Shown: piece by piece, positions 51,801 to 64,000 of the stretch
How positions within the stretch are numbered: the stretch's first letter is position 1
Layout: each line of letters begins with the position of its first letter
Assembly (NCBI RefSeq): GCF_963921235.1
Contig: NC_086108.1
Span: 48,672,001 to 48,736,000 of the forward strand
Direction of reading: 5' to 3'
From: Mobula hypostoma
Taxonomy: Eukaryota
Length of the DNA: 64,000 nt
The notes under the pieces: generated by a model
Database searches by the model: none
Seen by the model: only the letters and a program-made list of their open reading frames with translations
Told to the model about the DNA's origin: nothing
Program-made: the position numbers and the translations under genes

Positions 51801-54800
51801 AGTGTATCATTGTTCAGGAACCCAGTATCAACTTTCAAAAATGTTTGAAGTAGCATTGTAGATTTGCAGAAGTACAGGTCTTCAACTTAAATTTCCTATA
51901 CAATACTTGTTTCAACTTTTTTCGATCAAGGGAGATCAGGCAGTCAGCTCCCCACAAAAAGAAAAAAGTGCATTCTATTTGCAATTAACTTTCCACAACG
52001 TTTGCTTCTTGGAAATAGCTTGCCTAGCTTTCGTTTCCTACAATAACTAAGTAGAGGCAAATACAAGTGATTTAAGTGTGGTCAGAAATTAATTGGTCAT
52101 GTCACATCATAATATTACTTAAAATCTGCAAAATCCATTTGAGTGCATACAAAAGTTCATTGGCTATAAAGCAAAAGGGCAAGAAATTACCAAGATTCAA
52201 GTTTGATTAATAGGGAGAAAACAATACAAATAACGGCAATTTCAGGTTGGCACCATCTTGGAGGATAATGAAAGAATATTTAGACCTTAGCAATTTGAAC
52301 TTGATACTCATTCATACCAGAAATTGAATCCAAATATTCAGAATATGAAAGGCAACTACAGGGAAGGTAACAAGATTGAAGTCATTTGTGGATAGGCCAT
52401 GAGATGAAGCAGGACCATGCCAAATGGAAGAGGTTTTTATTAAAAATTATATATTGTGAGTTGAGGAAATATTATTAAGTGGACTAGGGCATCTTTGCAC
52501 ACAAAAAGGTTACACTAAGAATTCAGAGACCCTACACTGGTCTTTCTTACAAAGGAGACCCAAGAGTAACAAGCAAGTCTCATTACATTCAGGTAGAACT
52601 TCAAGTGAAGCCACATCATGTATTAGTTTCCAACTACTAATCTGAACAGAACAGATTCCATAGAGAAATCAAAGGTCCACTGCATTTGATACGGAGATTA
52701 AATGTGTCTCATTCTGGGATTAAACACATTCAACTGGAGAATTTTACCTTGTCCAGGGAAGCCAAAATTAGGTTCTTGAGTTTCAGAGCAAAGAATTTGG
52801 TTATGCAATTTTAAATCTGGAGGCAGTCAAAATAAAATTCTTCCTCAACTAACACCACCTTCCTCCCACAACACACCCTGTCAAGTTTTTCAATGTTTCG
52901 AATGGCACTTCCAAGAATGATGCCAATAGGATTTTAGCATTTCAAGGTCATATATGTTACCAGAGATGAAGAAGGGTATCAGCTACTGTCTTACAGAATT
53001 GGCAGATCAGACAAGAGCTCTCACTCCTACATGTCAACATACTCACAACTGAAGTGGAAAATACTCAGCAGGCCAGGCTGCAGGATAAGAAGTGAATCAA
53101 TACTTCATATTGGATATAAAGCATCGAAACTCCAACCTGAAGGACTGTTTATGTTCCCACAGATGTGGACTGACTTGTTATTTCCAGCATTTTGGTTTTT
53201 CTTTTAGACTATTAGCATATGCACTTTTTTTGATTTTCAGGAATAAATTGAAGCAATTTTCAGATCATAGCATAAACTAACCTGTTCCAAATACAGCAGT
53301 GGAAGTGGATGGTCGTTCCATTGGGGAGCTTTGCACAACATCTGCTAGGTTTGTTGAAATCTCCTGATTTGCTGGCTCTACCTGCTGAAGAGTTTGTTGA
53401 GTGGGCTGTACAAATGCTGTTGCCTGTGTCTGTTGCTGCTGAACTGTTAGAATAGGCTGTGACAAGTTTGGGATATTTGGACTTGTTGAACGCACAGTTC
53501 CACTTGTGCTACCAAAAACAGTTACATGTTCCACTGGTCCTTCTGACTGTATGGCTGCTGCATAAAGGTGAATGTGAAATTAATACAAAGACATAGTTAA
53601 CAACCAACATTGTTATCCATTAAACAAAATATTAATTGGATTTAAAAATCAAATTTTTCTACTGTGATAAACCACTGTAAATATTACAGAGCAGCGAGTT
53701 TCAGATAGTGGTTGCTTGCTCTTTGGTTCAATATTTAAACTACATACCTTCTTGAGATTCAACCTGTGTTGTTGGCATCACTGTTGCAGTTGGCGTTGTG
53801 GCTGGTCCAGTGACCGTTGCTGGTGTAACCATTGGACGAATACTGGCTCTCGGTGTGGACTTACTGCCAGGCACTGGCCCAGCAGCAACTTTACTTGGTG
53901 TTGCCACGAGGGGGGTGGGCTTGATATTGGCTGTTGGTGGATCTGATGAGCTTGAACTACATGGAAGTTTGAAGAAAATTTAGTTAATGTATCCCATTCA
54001 GAAGTAAATCAGCTGTAAATTAAACATCACCTTTCATAATGAAAACAATAAATTTAAGTTGCAAGGTTACTACTAAAGCTGCAAGGTTAAGAGGAGGATT
54101 TTGTTTTTCTTTAAAAAGTAAAACAAGATTCTAAACACTAAATCTAGCTAAATCCAATGGCCAATTCATGTTTAAAGAGACAGGATCTTCACTAAATTAC
54201 ATTAAAACTTCTGACAGTCATATGCAATATACTCAATTAGTTTAAAAAGGGGAATGATGGCTATCCTCACCCTCCCCTGTCTGTTGATACTGGAGTTTGC
54301 TTCAAGGTAATTTGTCTCTGTGGATCCAGCTGTCTCTGTGGCTCAGAAGTCTACGGCAAAACAGAAATACATCTCATTAAGCTCGATTTGTGTTATGCTT
54401 TTATTTAACAGTTCAAAAAAGATGCACAGTATATTAACAAAGTTACAACTCATTAATAATTTCTTCATTATATACCATTAGGACTCAAATCGTTAGATTT
54501 TTTATGACACAATTAGAACACGGAACTCAATAAGCGCTACTAAGATGATCAGAACCAATTATCTGCATGCTGCAAAGATGAAAATAAGTAACACAAAATG
54601 AATTAAACGTCCTGGTTGTGTTAAATTCAGAATTGCTCTGAATTAGCTGATGAAAAGAATTCAAAAAAAAACACTAGGTGCATTTTTATGGATGTCACAG
54701 CACAAAAATCAATGTGACATACTAAATTTAAGTTTTGATTGCAATACAATTCTCCAAGTATTTGGTCATATTGAGTATCCCAAAATAAAGCATAGTCTAT

Positions 54801-57800
54801 TATAAAGGAACCAAATATCAAATTCTCTTTCTAATTTTGACAATTACTTCTAAGAATTTCCAGTTCCCCAGTTCTATCATAGAATCTTTAGCCACATACC
54901 TTAATAGTCAGTTCCTGAGGTTCCTCACGTTGCTCATGCTGTCGCTCCTGGTGTTCTTTCAGCTCTCGTTTAAGTCGAGTAATGTGACCATCATACTGGG
55001 ATTTGAGTGCACTCATGCGTACCTCCAGCTCCTCTCTTTGCTGATCTAAACTACTAACACGCTGCTTAAACTCTTCATTGTGTTGCTTTAACTCTTCATT
55101 CTCTTTTGCCAGCTGCTCCTTCAGACCTAAAACAATCCAATCAGATTAATTACAAATCCCACTAAATATTTGAGCCATAAGTAAACTATCATTACTCTGA
55201 AAAAAGGATCTAGTGCTTTCCCGGTGTACATGAATAAACTCTTCTCAGGCCTCCAGCCAGGTACAGGTATCGATTTTAACGGATGTTTCGATGTTAAATT
55301 CTGCCATCTTCATCAGGGAAGCCATTGAAATAAAACTAGAGGAAGAGTTTTAACAAAGATGAAGGCCTCACTCGAAGAAAGAACAGGAATTCGAATGTAA
55401 AGAAGGTGAGACAGCAGAAACCTGATTGGATGAGGACTAACCAATCAGGAGGGACGGACAACGGGGGTATATATGCCACTGGTCTAGACATACCTAGGCA
55501 TCATCCCTGATGAAGATGGCAAAGTTTGTTATCGAAACATCGATTAAAGTAGATACCTGTACCTGGCTAGAAGCCTGAGAGAGTTTATTTATCATTACTC
55601 TGCACTTATTTCAATCTTAAGAAATGAACTCAAACAGTAAGTTAAAATACAAGCAAATGCTTCAACACTACCCAAGTTCTTGAAGTAGTTCTGCACCACT
55701 GAGTTGTGCAGAAACATGCATTAAGCAATCAAAGGTACAAGCTCAAATTCTAGTAATCTTTTCTACAATTAATTCCTCCATTCGTTATGTAATGCACATT
55801 AAAAAATGCAAGTGGCTGACCAGCTAACTGTGTTATCTTCTGTTTGGCAACTAATATTGCTTTTTTGGTCTTTTCCTCTTTCTCCAATATCTGCTGCCGA
55901 AGCTGTTCTTCAAGGCTTGCTTTCTCCTGTAGTTCCTGGCGTAAGCGGGAAAGTTCACCTTGCAACTGGATTACTTCTTCCTGTAATTTTTTAACTTCGG
56001 ATTCCTTCTCAGTAACAGACTGGGGGAAGAAATTACAGAAAGCAGAAGTTGTGATTATTCAGTAGGTTGTGCGCACAAGACAAATGGTTATGCATACAAG
56101 ATTACCCCAATGATATGTTAGGCAGTACCAATTAAGGATAAACAAACTTATGAACTACTGAATCAATGACAACGGAGTTCTATACCCAACACAGCAAACG
56201 ATTTTCATCAGTCCAAGTTTTTAAAAAGACTTGAGATAAACACAGTAGCATCAATGTTGATCCAATCATTCATTTCAGTACTGATCTCTTAATCATTCTA
56301 TCATCTGATGTTTTTAAACTGCCACCTAACACAATTGTGTCACTTTGAAATAGCGTCAACCAGAATGATGATAATTCTTAAGAGAAAAAGATACCTCCCG
56401 GTATTAGCTTCCTTTTCCATAAGGCTTTGGATGCTTTCATTTAAACTTTCCAATAACTGTAGTATGTTTGTACATGGGTGTCACATACAGTAGTCATTTC
56501 TATATCTCTTGCTTCCATGCACAATATTTTCCCTTATTTAAGTAACAGTTTTCTTTGGGGATTATCATCTGCATGCAGAGCATTTGAATTTCTTGGCTTC
56601 TTCACAAGTGTTTTAAAAAAATCTTACTGTAGTTTATCAATTTTCTTGAGTAAGCTTTGAATTGTCTCTCCGAACCAGCAAGGAAAGGAATCTACTGTAA
56701 ATTTTGTGACAAAATCTGAGAAGGGAATACCCGTCTTGCTACATGGTAGGGATTTTTACCAACACATTGCGTCCATTTAGGATAACTTGATAAGCATGAG
56801 ATCGGCATTAAGGAGCAGCTGCCTTTTAGATGTTATCTCCAGACTGAGGCAAGATGGAACTTGGTTTTCCAAAGGTCAAAATTTGACTTTGATATTGATA
56901 TTTCAATGCAATTGGAAGTTGCAAGAAGTTCACAAAGCATATGACACCTTCCCAGTATTTACAGGTTAGTGAAGATTTAGAAAAGATACAAGATAAGCTC
57001 ACAGTTAATGCTGCAGGTGATCTATTAAATTACTTGTTTCCCCCCCACTAACATAATTGCATCACATCTTTCTCTGCCACTCAGTGACTCCTCAGACCTG
57101 CTGAAGTATTGTTTACACTGAATATTGTTGGCTCATGGATCCCTCACTCTATGGTGCCAGCCACACTAAGAGCTTGAATCAAAATTCAATGAGGCAAGGA
57201 AAATAAAGATAACTCAAAGCTTACTCAAGAAAATTGACAAGGTGGCAGGTGGTAGTGGGCACCTCAGACTATTACAGAAATCTGACTCCATTCTTATTAT
57301 GTTCAATATGGACAACTAACATGCTTGCACTGCAAACTATGCATCCTGACAAAACTTTGATCTCATGGTCAGATGAAGCCTATATCAGGATGGTTAGTAA
57401 TTACACTGTGATTTTACCTTCTGCAGGGCTTCAGCCTGAGACTCTAGTGCCTTAGCTCTAGATTCAGACTGTGCAAAGGCTTCTTGCAAGTCCTGTGTGG
57501 CTTGAGCAGAGGATTGTTCTGCTTGTTGATCTGCAGAACGCTGAGAAGAAGTCTCAGCAACCATCTGGAAGACAGGACAATTTTTTTAGCAAACAATTAT
57601 ATAATAAAATGATGTGCGTAGTCCTCTTAAAGTTTCCACTTGTCCTTTTAACATAATAACATTCACTAATTTAATAATGAAAACTGATGCCAAACAGAGG
57701 GAAGTTAGGAATGGTGATCAGGTTTAAGTTTGAGACTTAGAGAACTGGTAAACAGACCAACATCTGATCTTTTTCTTTGACGAAAGGAGGTATGAAGGAA

Positions 57801-60800
57801 CAATAATGTTAAGACTGAATTTACAAGCATTCAAGGGCAAGGCTGGAAAGATTTAGGCAACCATGGTTGACAAGGGATTATGTGGAAACAGTCATGAAAA
57901 AGGAGGAGATATAGACAACAGGGAACATGGGATTACCTCAGAATACAGGGATGTAGGAATATACTTGAAGAAATTAGAAGGAAACAAAAACAAACCAAGA
58001 CATTTCCTTAAGACACAAGAGCCTGTAGATGCTGGAACCTGGAACAACAGAGGTGCTGGAGGTTATCAGAGAGTTAGACCATATCTATCGAAGGAATTGT
58101 CAACATTTTAAGTCAAGATCCTTCATCTGGACTGAAAAAAAGATGGGAGATAGTATAAAAAGGTGGAGGGTAGGGGTGGAGAAAGTGCTGGCAGGCAATG
58201 GGATTTGGGGATGAGTGACATGGTAAATGGTCCTTGGGCCCACCAAGTCCACATCAAATACAAAACACCACTTTTTTTTAACCCCCCCCCCCCAAAAACA
58301 AATTTACCCTAACCCCATTTTATTCTCCTGTATTCTAAAAAAGCCAGCATGGACATGGTAGGCTTAAGGATCTGCTTCTCTGCTATGTGACTAATTCTCT
58401 GACATTCCCATCAACTATCTCCAGATTTTATCACTTACTTACACTATGGAGAACTTAGAGGAACCAATTACCATTGTACCAGTCCTTGAGAATTTGGGGA
58501 ATAGGTGGAAATTAGAGCAAATGGATGAAACACATCTTGACACAGAGAAAAGTCTGAAACTCCACACATACAGCACCAGAGATTAGGAGTATGCGTGGAG
58601 TGAATGAACGAATCCAGATGGCTAGAGCTGTGAGGCAGAAAATCCACTAACTGCACGTTTTTTTTTGGGGGGGGGGAATGCAAGATAAAAGAAATTAGTT
58701 ACTTTAGGATGTGGGCTTCAAATACCTCCTGAAAAAACTGATATAGAAGATTGCACAGGCATTGGGTTTGGTGTTTGAAAATTCTGATGCAAAAAAAAAA
58801 CTTTAACCTTACCCGTTTGGATTACATTGAAGTTTTGAATCATCCACATTTAACGCTGGACAAACATTAGCAAAAGATATGGATCCATTTGTTAAAAATA
58901 TTTATATACATTATGAACAGTTACCACTACAGTTTGCAATTAGTTTTTCCAACTTTAACTGTAGCCCAAGATATAGTCTTTGATAACAAAGGTTAAAGAC
59001 TGAACCAGGACAAAAGTCTGATGTTTGAAGTTTAAATGTCCTTGTTGGAATATTTGCTTTCAACTTAATATATCAGTAGAAAAATACCAAAAATTATAAT
59101 ACTAATTTGGAAATAAAAAGGGGGCGCTCAAGTACAATTGACAATCCTAGTTTTCTGTCATTATTGAACAAAACAATCTTTCCTGTACCACTTAGAAGAT
59201 ATTTTTTCCCACATGATCTTTAAGAGCAAGATTTGTTAAGTCAAGGAAATCAACTTTTACTGTGGAGAGGGAAAATCCATAATGAACAGAGTTATGGTAG
59301 TCACAATAGATAACTAACCTATAAAAAGACATTGAACTGAAATGACTTAAAAGATTAAAAATTAGTATTTGATCCCAGGTTGGACAAACATATCTGTATA
59401 ATAATTATTCACAAGTTACCTTATCATACTGTGCTTTCAGCTCCTCATACTGAGTCTTGTATCTACGACCAATCTTTTTAACCTGGGTGATAGTTTTGTT
59501 CTTTTCTTGAATATCTGCCACCCTTGCCATCATTTCCTGTTTTAGTTTATCCCGATCAACAGACACCCTACTGAGTTCAGTCTTCAATGTCTGCACATCA
59601 CGTTGTGATACAGAGGATGATGCATTCAGTCTGTAAACAAAGCAGCATTACAATATTGCATCAGTTCTTGTAACATAATTAATTACTGGTCTTGCATTAT
59701 AATTTTAATTACTTTTATTTAATATGAAAGTCTGATTAAAATTGAGAAGGGAAAAAGAGTGCACTAATTGTTTACTTAAGTTCTGTTAAGGAATATCAAC
59801 ACTCAGCAAGTGTGGATTCCTGCAAAGATATATTTGTCATCTGCCTTATCTTCAACACAAAAAGAAAATGTCTTCAATGCAATTTTTGTAACACAATTGC
59901 TAATTGTACAGTGAGCATTTTGGATTAATAGGTGTGAACATTCATCACAAAATTAGACACAATTGCAATAATTAGCACCTACCTCATGGTTATGCTCATG
60001 CTGGCCCTGAGGCTATATTATATTTTTGCAACCAGGCAAACATGTCTCAAACAGCGCAACAGTTGAAAAATGTGAAACTCAAAAAAAAACATGAGAGAGT
60101 AAAAATCAAAAAGGTTATCTTAAGAGCTATGTCCAGCAAACGCCTTCAAATAAGTATCCACCAACAATGGCTGGCATTAAGTTAAGGGGCAAGATAGGAA
60201 TTGTGCTTGGCTCTTTGGATCACCAACTTATAGAGATGGTTCCTAGACAAAAATGGGAGCCCAGAAGTATAATGAGGGATAAAATGCACAACCATTTGAT
60301 AATACTACTAGTGTGCATGTACAGAAGTCTGAAATAAAGGCACTGTAGCTAGCCCACAAGTTACAACCACGTACTCGTGCCAGAATTTTTATTATACGTC
60401 CAACAGGGTGGGACTGTGAGAAAACACTTAAGCCAATATGGAAGAATGGAACAGCTAGAGAAAACAATCAAACTGGAAGGACTGTGCTGGAGCACGACTA
60501 GAAGGCAGAAAACAGTGAATAATGGAGTACTGGCTGGTTGATGCACAAGGAATACTGAGTTATTCAACTTCCCCTTTCTGTTTACAAACTTAAACAATCC
60601 ATTTCATATTCTGGCTGCATCACTAAACTTTCTCAGCCTCTGGGTCTTCATTCATTTACCTCTGCACAAAAATTTGCACCACCATAATTCATCAAAATCC
60701 CTCTCCCAAGGTACTTTAAAGAATTTCAACTGGTCTTGTTTCAACATCATATGTATGAGACACTTGCTTACCTAGCAACTTCAGTTTTCAGTCTGCCAGT

Positions 60801-63800
60801 TTCTTCAGTTAGTTGTTGAATGCGTTTGATATTTGTATCTTTCTCTGAAATCAGTTTCTTGTACTCGTCAGGGTCAGTCTCCTTCTGCTGACTGATTAAT
60901 TGCTAAAATACGACAGTATTTTAGTAAAAACTTAATATCCAAATTTCAAATGTGAGCAATCATTATTATTTCGTTAAATCTTAAAGCAAAAAAATTATGA
61001 ATTAGATTGTATTAACAGGAAGAAAACAATCCAAACTATGTTGTCCTGCAGGGATTGCAGCTGGGTTCCCTGTTGTTTGTCATATATATCAATAATTTGG
61101 ATAAGAATGCAGATGACACCGAAGTTGATGGTGTAGTACACAGTGAGTGATAGGACTCTGGTGAATGTTACTGTATAGTCAAACCCTAGGGTACAAATAC
61201 ATAGCTCTGTAAAGCAGGATACAAAGACAGTGGTGAATATGGCATATGGTGTGCTTGCCTTCACAGGTCAAAGAATTAGGTATGGGAGTTGGGATGTCTT
61301 GTTACAGTCATGTAACTCATTGGTTAAGCCAAATTTGGGAATATTAATATATTTTTAATTTGTTATCGAAGTATGTATATGTCACCATACACCTTGAGAT
61401 TCATTTTCTTGTAGGCATATACAGGAAAATAAAGAAATAGAATTTATGAAAAACTATAGATAACAAAAACTGACAATGTGCAAAAGACAAATCGTGCAAA
61501 TAAATAAAATACTGAAAACATGATTTGTAGAGTCTTTGAAAATGAGTCTGTAGGTTGTGAAACAGTTCAGAGTTGAGGTAAGCGAAGTTATGCACACTGG
61601 TTCAGGAGCATGATGGTTGTAGGGTTACAACTGTTCTTGAACGTGGTGACTTGGGAACTAAACTTCTCTACCTCCTGCCTGATGGTTGTAGTAAGAAGAG
61701 GGTATGGCCTGGATGGAGTCACTCCACTCCTTGCAAATGTGCTCAGTGGTGGGGAGGCCTTTCCCTTTACGGACTGGGCTGAACAGACCACCTTCTGTAG
61801 AATTTTCTACTTCTGGGCACTGGTTTTCCACACCAGGCCATGATGCAACCAGTTAGATACCCCACACCATGCATCTAATGAAGTCTGTCAAAGTTTTATG
61901 TGATATACCAAATTTACGTAAACTTCTAAGAAAGTAGAAGCACTGCTGTGCCTTCTTTTGCGATGGCACTTACACGCTGGCCCCAGGACAGATCCTCTGA
62001 TAAGCTAATCTGAAGGAATTTAAATTCATTGCTCTCTCCACCTCTGATCCCCTTATGTATTATGTGCAGTCTTGATCACCACACTGATCACAAGATGTGA
62101 GTAAGCTAGGAAGGGTGCAGAGAAGATTCACTGAAGTCTGGATAGGTTGGGATTCTATTCCCCAGAGCAAAGGAGGCTGAGGTTTATAAAATAATGAAAA
62201 GCATAGATAGGGTAAAGTCATCTAAAACTAGAGGGCATAGGTTGAAGGTGAGAGGGAAAAGATTTGAAGAGAATCTGAAGGGCAAGCTGTTCCATCAGAG
62301 GCAAGCGGACATGTGGAAAGAGCTGGAAGAAATGGTGGTGGGGACAGACACAATTACAATGTTGGAAAGAAATCTGGACAAATTAATGGATAGTTTAAAG
62401 GGATGCAGGCCAAATGCAGGTGAGTGAGATTAGCATAGACAGGCATGCTGGCTGGTGTTGACAAGTTGGGCTGATGGCATTGTTTCTGTGCTGTATAATT
62501 ATGAATCTAAACTAGGAAAACAATCAATTAAACATGGCTGTGACCTAATGGAAGTTATTAAGCACTTGGAAAAACAATAATTATAGATGACGTGATATAT
62601 AGGATGGATCAGTCCTATATTTTTACTTCAATGGCATAAATGTGAAGCTTGTTTCATTATTCCCAGTTTAGCTCCCGACAAAGACATCAAATTTAGCTGC
62701 ACGTTACTAATATGGGCTCTTCTACCAAAAGCAATACAAATAGCAATGAGCGACTAAACCTTGAAATACAAGTCAAGCAAACTTTTAAGGAAATTAGGCA
62801 TACCTGGGCACGGGCCTTCCAGCGTTTGAGATCTTCATCCAGTAATTTCTTCTCTGCTTGCAACATACCACTTTTCTCACTGAGCTCCATATTGGATTCT
62901 TGAAGAGGTAGGATATCAGATTCTAGCTTACGAATCTAAGAATTGTATAACAAACATCATTCTACTTCTGTCTTAAATCAGTGCTCCCTAAAAATATTCT
63001 TTTTCTTGTGTAACAATTCACTTAAAGATTACAGATAGGAACAGAAGTTAAAGCCTGCATCTGATTGATGCCCTGTCTGATACTGCACTCTGCCGAATGT
63101 GCTGGATCAAGGCCCCTCTGCTCTCAGTAACCCATTCACTCAAAAGATCTCAGTACAATTTCAAAAAGTAAGCCAAATTAATTACCCCAATGCACTGCCC
63201 AGTATTCTAAAACCACTACCTGCTTCACCTTTGCTATTTCAGAGCAAATCAGCTCTCATAATTTGCAAATCCTTTCTGCATGGCAGATTGAACTGATTTG
63301 TCCATTATACTCAAATACCATACTAACAATCATCCCATCTAATAATCCTACTAATTCCCTCACATCACAAACCACTGTTCTGGGAAGGTATACTGACCTT
63401 TGCCCTTGATTGTTGGAGTTCTTGCTCTAACCTTTCCTTCTCATCCCTCAGCATCTTATTGGTCTCAATCAGAACATTCATAGTCTCTGTCTTCTTCATT
63501 AACTCATCATGTTGTGCCAGTGTTTTGGCAGTTACCTGCACACAAAAAAGAACTGTGAAGCAAACTGTTCAATTCAAAATTGTTAAAACATTTAAACAAG
63601 GGGAGCTAAAGGAGGCAACATTTGGAAGGTGTACTTTCCAGTAATAACTATAACCTCCATTGTTCAAAGGCACCTAATTTGCTTAATATTATAGCTCATC
63701 CTTAATTTCTGAAAGAATTTTATAATTAAAGCTAGTACGTTTACCTGGACCTTTTCCCTTTCAGAGTTAAGACTGTCTTGCACCTCCTTTAGTTCTCTCT

Positions 63801-63892
63801 CCAAATTCTCCACACGCTGACGATAACGCAGAGCCTCAACTTGGGCCACTTCAAATCTTGTTTCTGCAATTTCCCTTTCTCTTCGCACAAAC
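36795..63892 (-). CDS. TPR: Nucleoprotein TPR (nuclear basket coiled-coil protein), 3' 25 coding exons, 5'-partial
   Basis: Phase-consistent exon chain totalling 3,499 nt; motifs [60 protein letters not shown]. Confidence 0.97.
37271..37328 (+). mobile_element. 58-bp 5'-truncated retroposon tail with 10-bp TSD
   Basis: TSD atttctatat at 37261-37270 and 37329-37338; CpG-rich body; (gattat)n tail. Confidence 0.7.
37766..37864 (-). CDS. TPR: TPR penultimate exon ([15 protein letters not shown]...RGRQFISRR), GC donor
   Basis: QPKPxRRVRL motif; ends AG|gcaag in phase 1. Confidence 0.88.
38045..38430 (+). mobile_element. Old Deu-domain SINE, decayed
   Basis: cctctgaagcagaagg..ggtttaaaccccact head, ggtgtcttggataatttacccttcaa, tttgtgggaccctgctg. 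Confidence 0.5.
38637..38752 (-). CDS. TPR: TPR exon ([10 protein letters not shown]...[12 protein letters not shown])
   Basis: [11 protein letters not shown] motif; phase 2-1. Confidence 0.94.
39700..41480 (-). mobile_element. Decayed CR1 LINE RT fragment(s)
   Basis: Minus [14 protein letters not shown]...LQRDL...CKVWHIG...DLGV. Confidence 0.78.
41673..41832 (-). CDS. TPR: TPR exon (VTVFSE...[10 protein letters not shown]...DEVFIE)
   Basis: Conserved motif; phase 1-2. Confidence 0.95.
43045..43146 (-). CDS. TPR: TPR exon (GLGMYETP...[12 protein letters not shown])
   Basis: Conserved motif; phase 1-1. Confidence 0.96.
43824..43930 (-). CDS. TPR: TPR exon ([17 protein letters not shown]...LASQG)
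   Basis: Conserved motif; phase 2-1. Confidence 0.96.
44284..44378 (-). CDS. TPR: TPR exon ([31 protein letters not shown])
   Basis: Conserved motif; triple CAG acceptor; phase 0-2. Confidence 0.95.
44789..44860 (-). CDS. TPR: TPR exon (RFPPARR...QLTPGIGGV)
   Basis: QLTPGIGG motif; phase 0-0. Confidence 0.93.
45840..46290 (+). mobile_element. Rex1/Babar-like RT fragment
   Basis: [23 protein letters not shown]...YKSSDDT...LVTWCHDNN. Confidence 0.8.
46673..46854 (-). CDS. TPR: TPR exon (...[27 protein letters not shown])
   Basis: Conserved motif; phase 1-0. Confidence 0.95.
48090..48162 (-). CDS. TPR: TPR exon ([12 protein letters not shown]...)
   Basis: DGTDP motif; phase 0-1. Confidence 0.87.
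49241..49363 (-). CDS. TPR: TPR acidic exon ([15 protein letters not shown]...NVE)
   Basis: D/E tract typical of the TPR tail; phase 0-0. Confidence 0.92.
50058..50246 (-). CDS. TPR: TPR exon (VVIEEYPP...[17 protein letters not shown])
   Basis: Acidic open frame and splice sites, phase 0-0. Confidence 0.9.
50647..50742 (-). CDS. TPR: TPR exon (EEHVQEIEA...DSITQ)
   Basis: Acidic open frame and splice sites, phase 0-0. Confidence 0.87.
51525..51655 (-). CDS. TPR: TPR exon with basic clusters PKRQRE...SKKLK (NLS region)
   Basis: Matches the human PKRTREE...PKKLK layout; donor position slightly uncertain. Confidence 0.85.
53282..53557 (-). CDS. TPR: TPR exon ([11 protein letters not shown]...[12 protein letters not shown])
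   Basis: Translation; NAGNAG acceptor (53557 or 53554); phase 1-1. Confidence 0.94.
53748..53956 (-). CDS. TPR: TPR exon ([12 protein letters not shown]...[11 protein letters not shown]...VESQE)
   Basis: Translation and splice sites, phase 2-1. Confidence 0.95.
54271..54350 (-). CDS. TPR: TPR exon ([26 protein letters not shown])
   Basis: QRQITLK motif; phase 0-2. Confidence 0.9.
54900..55126 (-). CDS. TPR: TPR exon ([15 protein letters not shown]...ALKSQYDG...ELTIK)
   Basis: Translation and splice sites, phase 1-0. Confidence 0.94.
55200..55589 (+). mobile_element. Penelope-like element remnant with inverted pLTR, hammerhead cores and 13-bp TSD
   Basis: TSD tatcattactctg at 55187-55199 and 55590-55602; inverted repeat about 55233-55319 vs 55504-55589; internal EAIEIKLE / FNKDEG, like the end of a GIY-YIG domain. 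Confidence 0.8.
55495..55560 (+). ncRNA. Putative minimal type I hammerhead ribozyme
   Basis: CTGATGA at 55507-55513, stem II GATGGCA/TGTTATC, GAAAC at 55534-55538, imperfect stem I AGGCATC/GATACCT. Confidence 0.55.
55821..56019 (-). CDS. TPR: TPR exon (SVTEKESE...KQKITQLA)
   Basis: Translation and splice sites, phase 0-1. Confidence 0.94.
57418..57564 (-). CDS. TPR: TPR exon (MVAETSSQ...AEALQK)
   Basis: Open frame and splice sites, phase 0-0. Confidence 0.9.
59420..59630 (-). CDS. TPR: TPR exon (LNASSS...[20 protein letters not shown])
   Basis: Translation and splice sites, phase 2-0. Confidence 0.95.
60772..60902 (-). CDS. TPR: TPR exon ([17 protein letters not shown]...EVA)
   Basis: Translation and splice sites, phase 0-2. 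Confidence 0.95.
60990..62510 (+). mobile_element. CR1 3' fragment with an antisense Rex1/Babar-like insert at about 61370-62060
   Basis: tgcagatgacacc and [11 protein letters not shown] on +; Rex-like ttgtacaggagcatgatgg-type 3' region on -. Confidence 0.7.
62804..62935 (-). CDS. TPR: TPR exon ([13 protein letters not shown]...KRWKARAQ)
   Basis: Translation and splice sites, phase 0-0. Confidence 0.95.
63398..63535 (-). CDS. TPR: TPR exon ([15 protein letters not shown]...QSRAK)
   Basis: Translation and splice sites, phase 0-0. Confidence 0.95.
63745..63892 (-). CDS. TPR: TPR exon ([19 protein letters not shown]...EREKVQ)
   Basis: Translation matches the TPR coiled coil; ag/gt boundaries. 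Confidence 0.95.
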
Positions 63893-64000
63893 CTATGGTA
63901 TGCAGATTTGGTTAAAATGTTAAGCATTGATTTTTTTTTGGAAACCAGGTGTTTTTTCCTTCTCTTTTGCATCTACTTTCTCTCTTAAGTATAAAGGCTG

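Overview
Eukaryotic, AT-rich vertebrate genomic DNA, most likely from a cartilaginous fish (inferred from HE1/V-SINE-, Deu-SINE-, CR1- and Penelope-type repeats). It holds the conserved tail-to-tail PRG4-TPR locus. On the + strand is the full coding region of proteoglycan 4 (lubricin), ATG 1839 to TAA 36605: a signal peptide, two somatomedin-B exons, one or two candidate linker exons, a 7,511-nt mucin exon made of degenerate 60-bp (20-aa) repeats, a short RGD-containing linker exon and six hemopexin-domain exons. The predicted protein is about 2,890-2,990 aa, roughly twice human lubricin. On the - strand are the last 25 coding exons of nucleoporin TPR (about 1,165 aa; the 5' half lies beyond the window), with a GC-AG last intron and a stop codon only 189 nt from the PRG4 stop. 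Introns are full of decayed retroelements, several nested or with target-site duplications, including a Penelope-derived insert carrying hammerhead-ribozyme cores on both strands. I see no prokaryotic-type system or CRISPR array and no wholly new gene system. The most novel feature is the giant, non-KEPAPTT, hierarchically repeated lubricin mucin domain. All comparisons to human proteins and repeat consensuses are from memory, not from searches.
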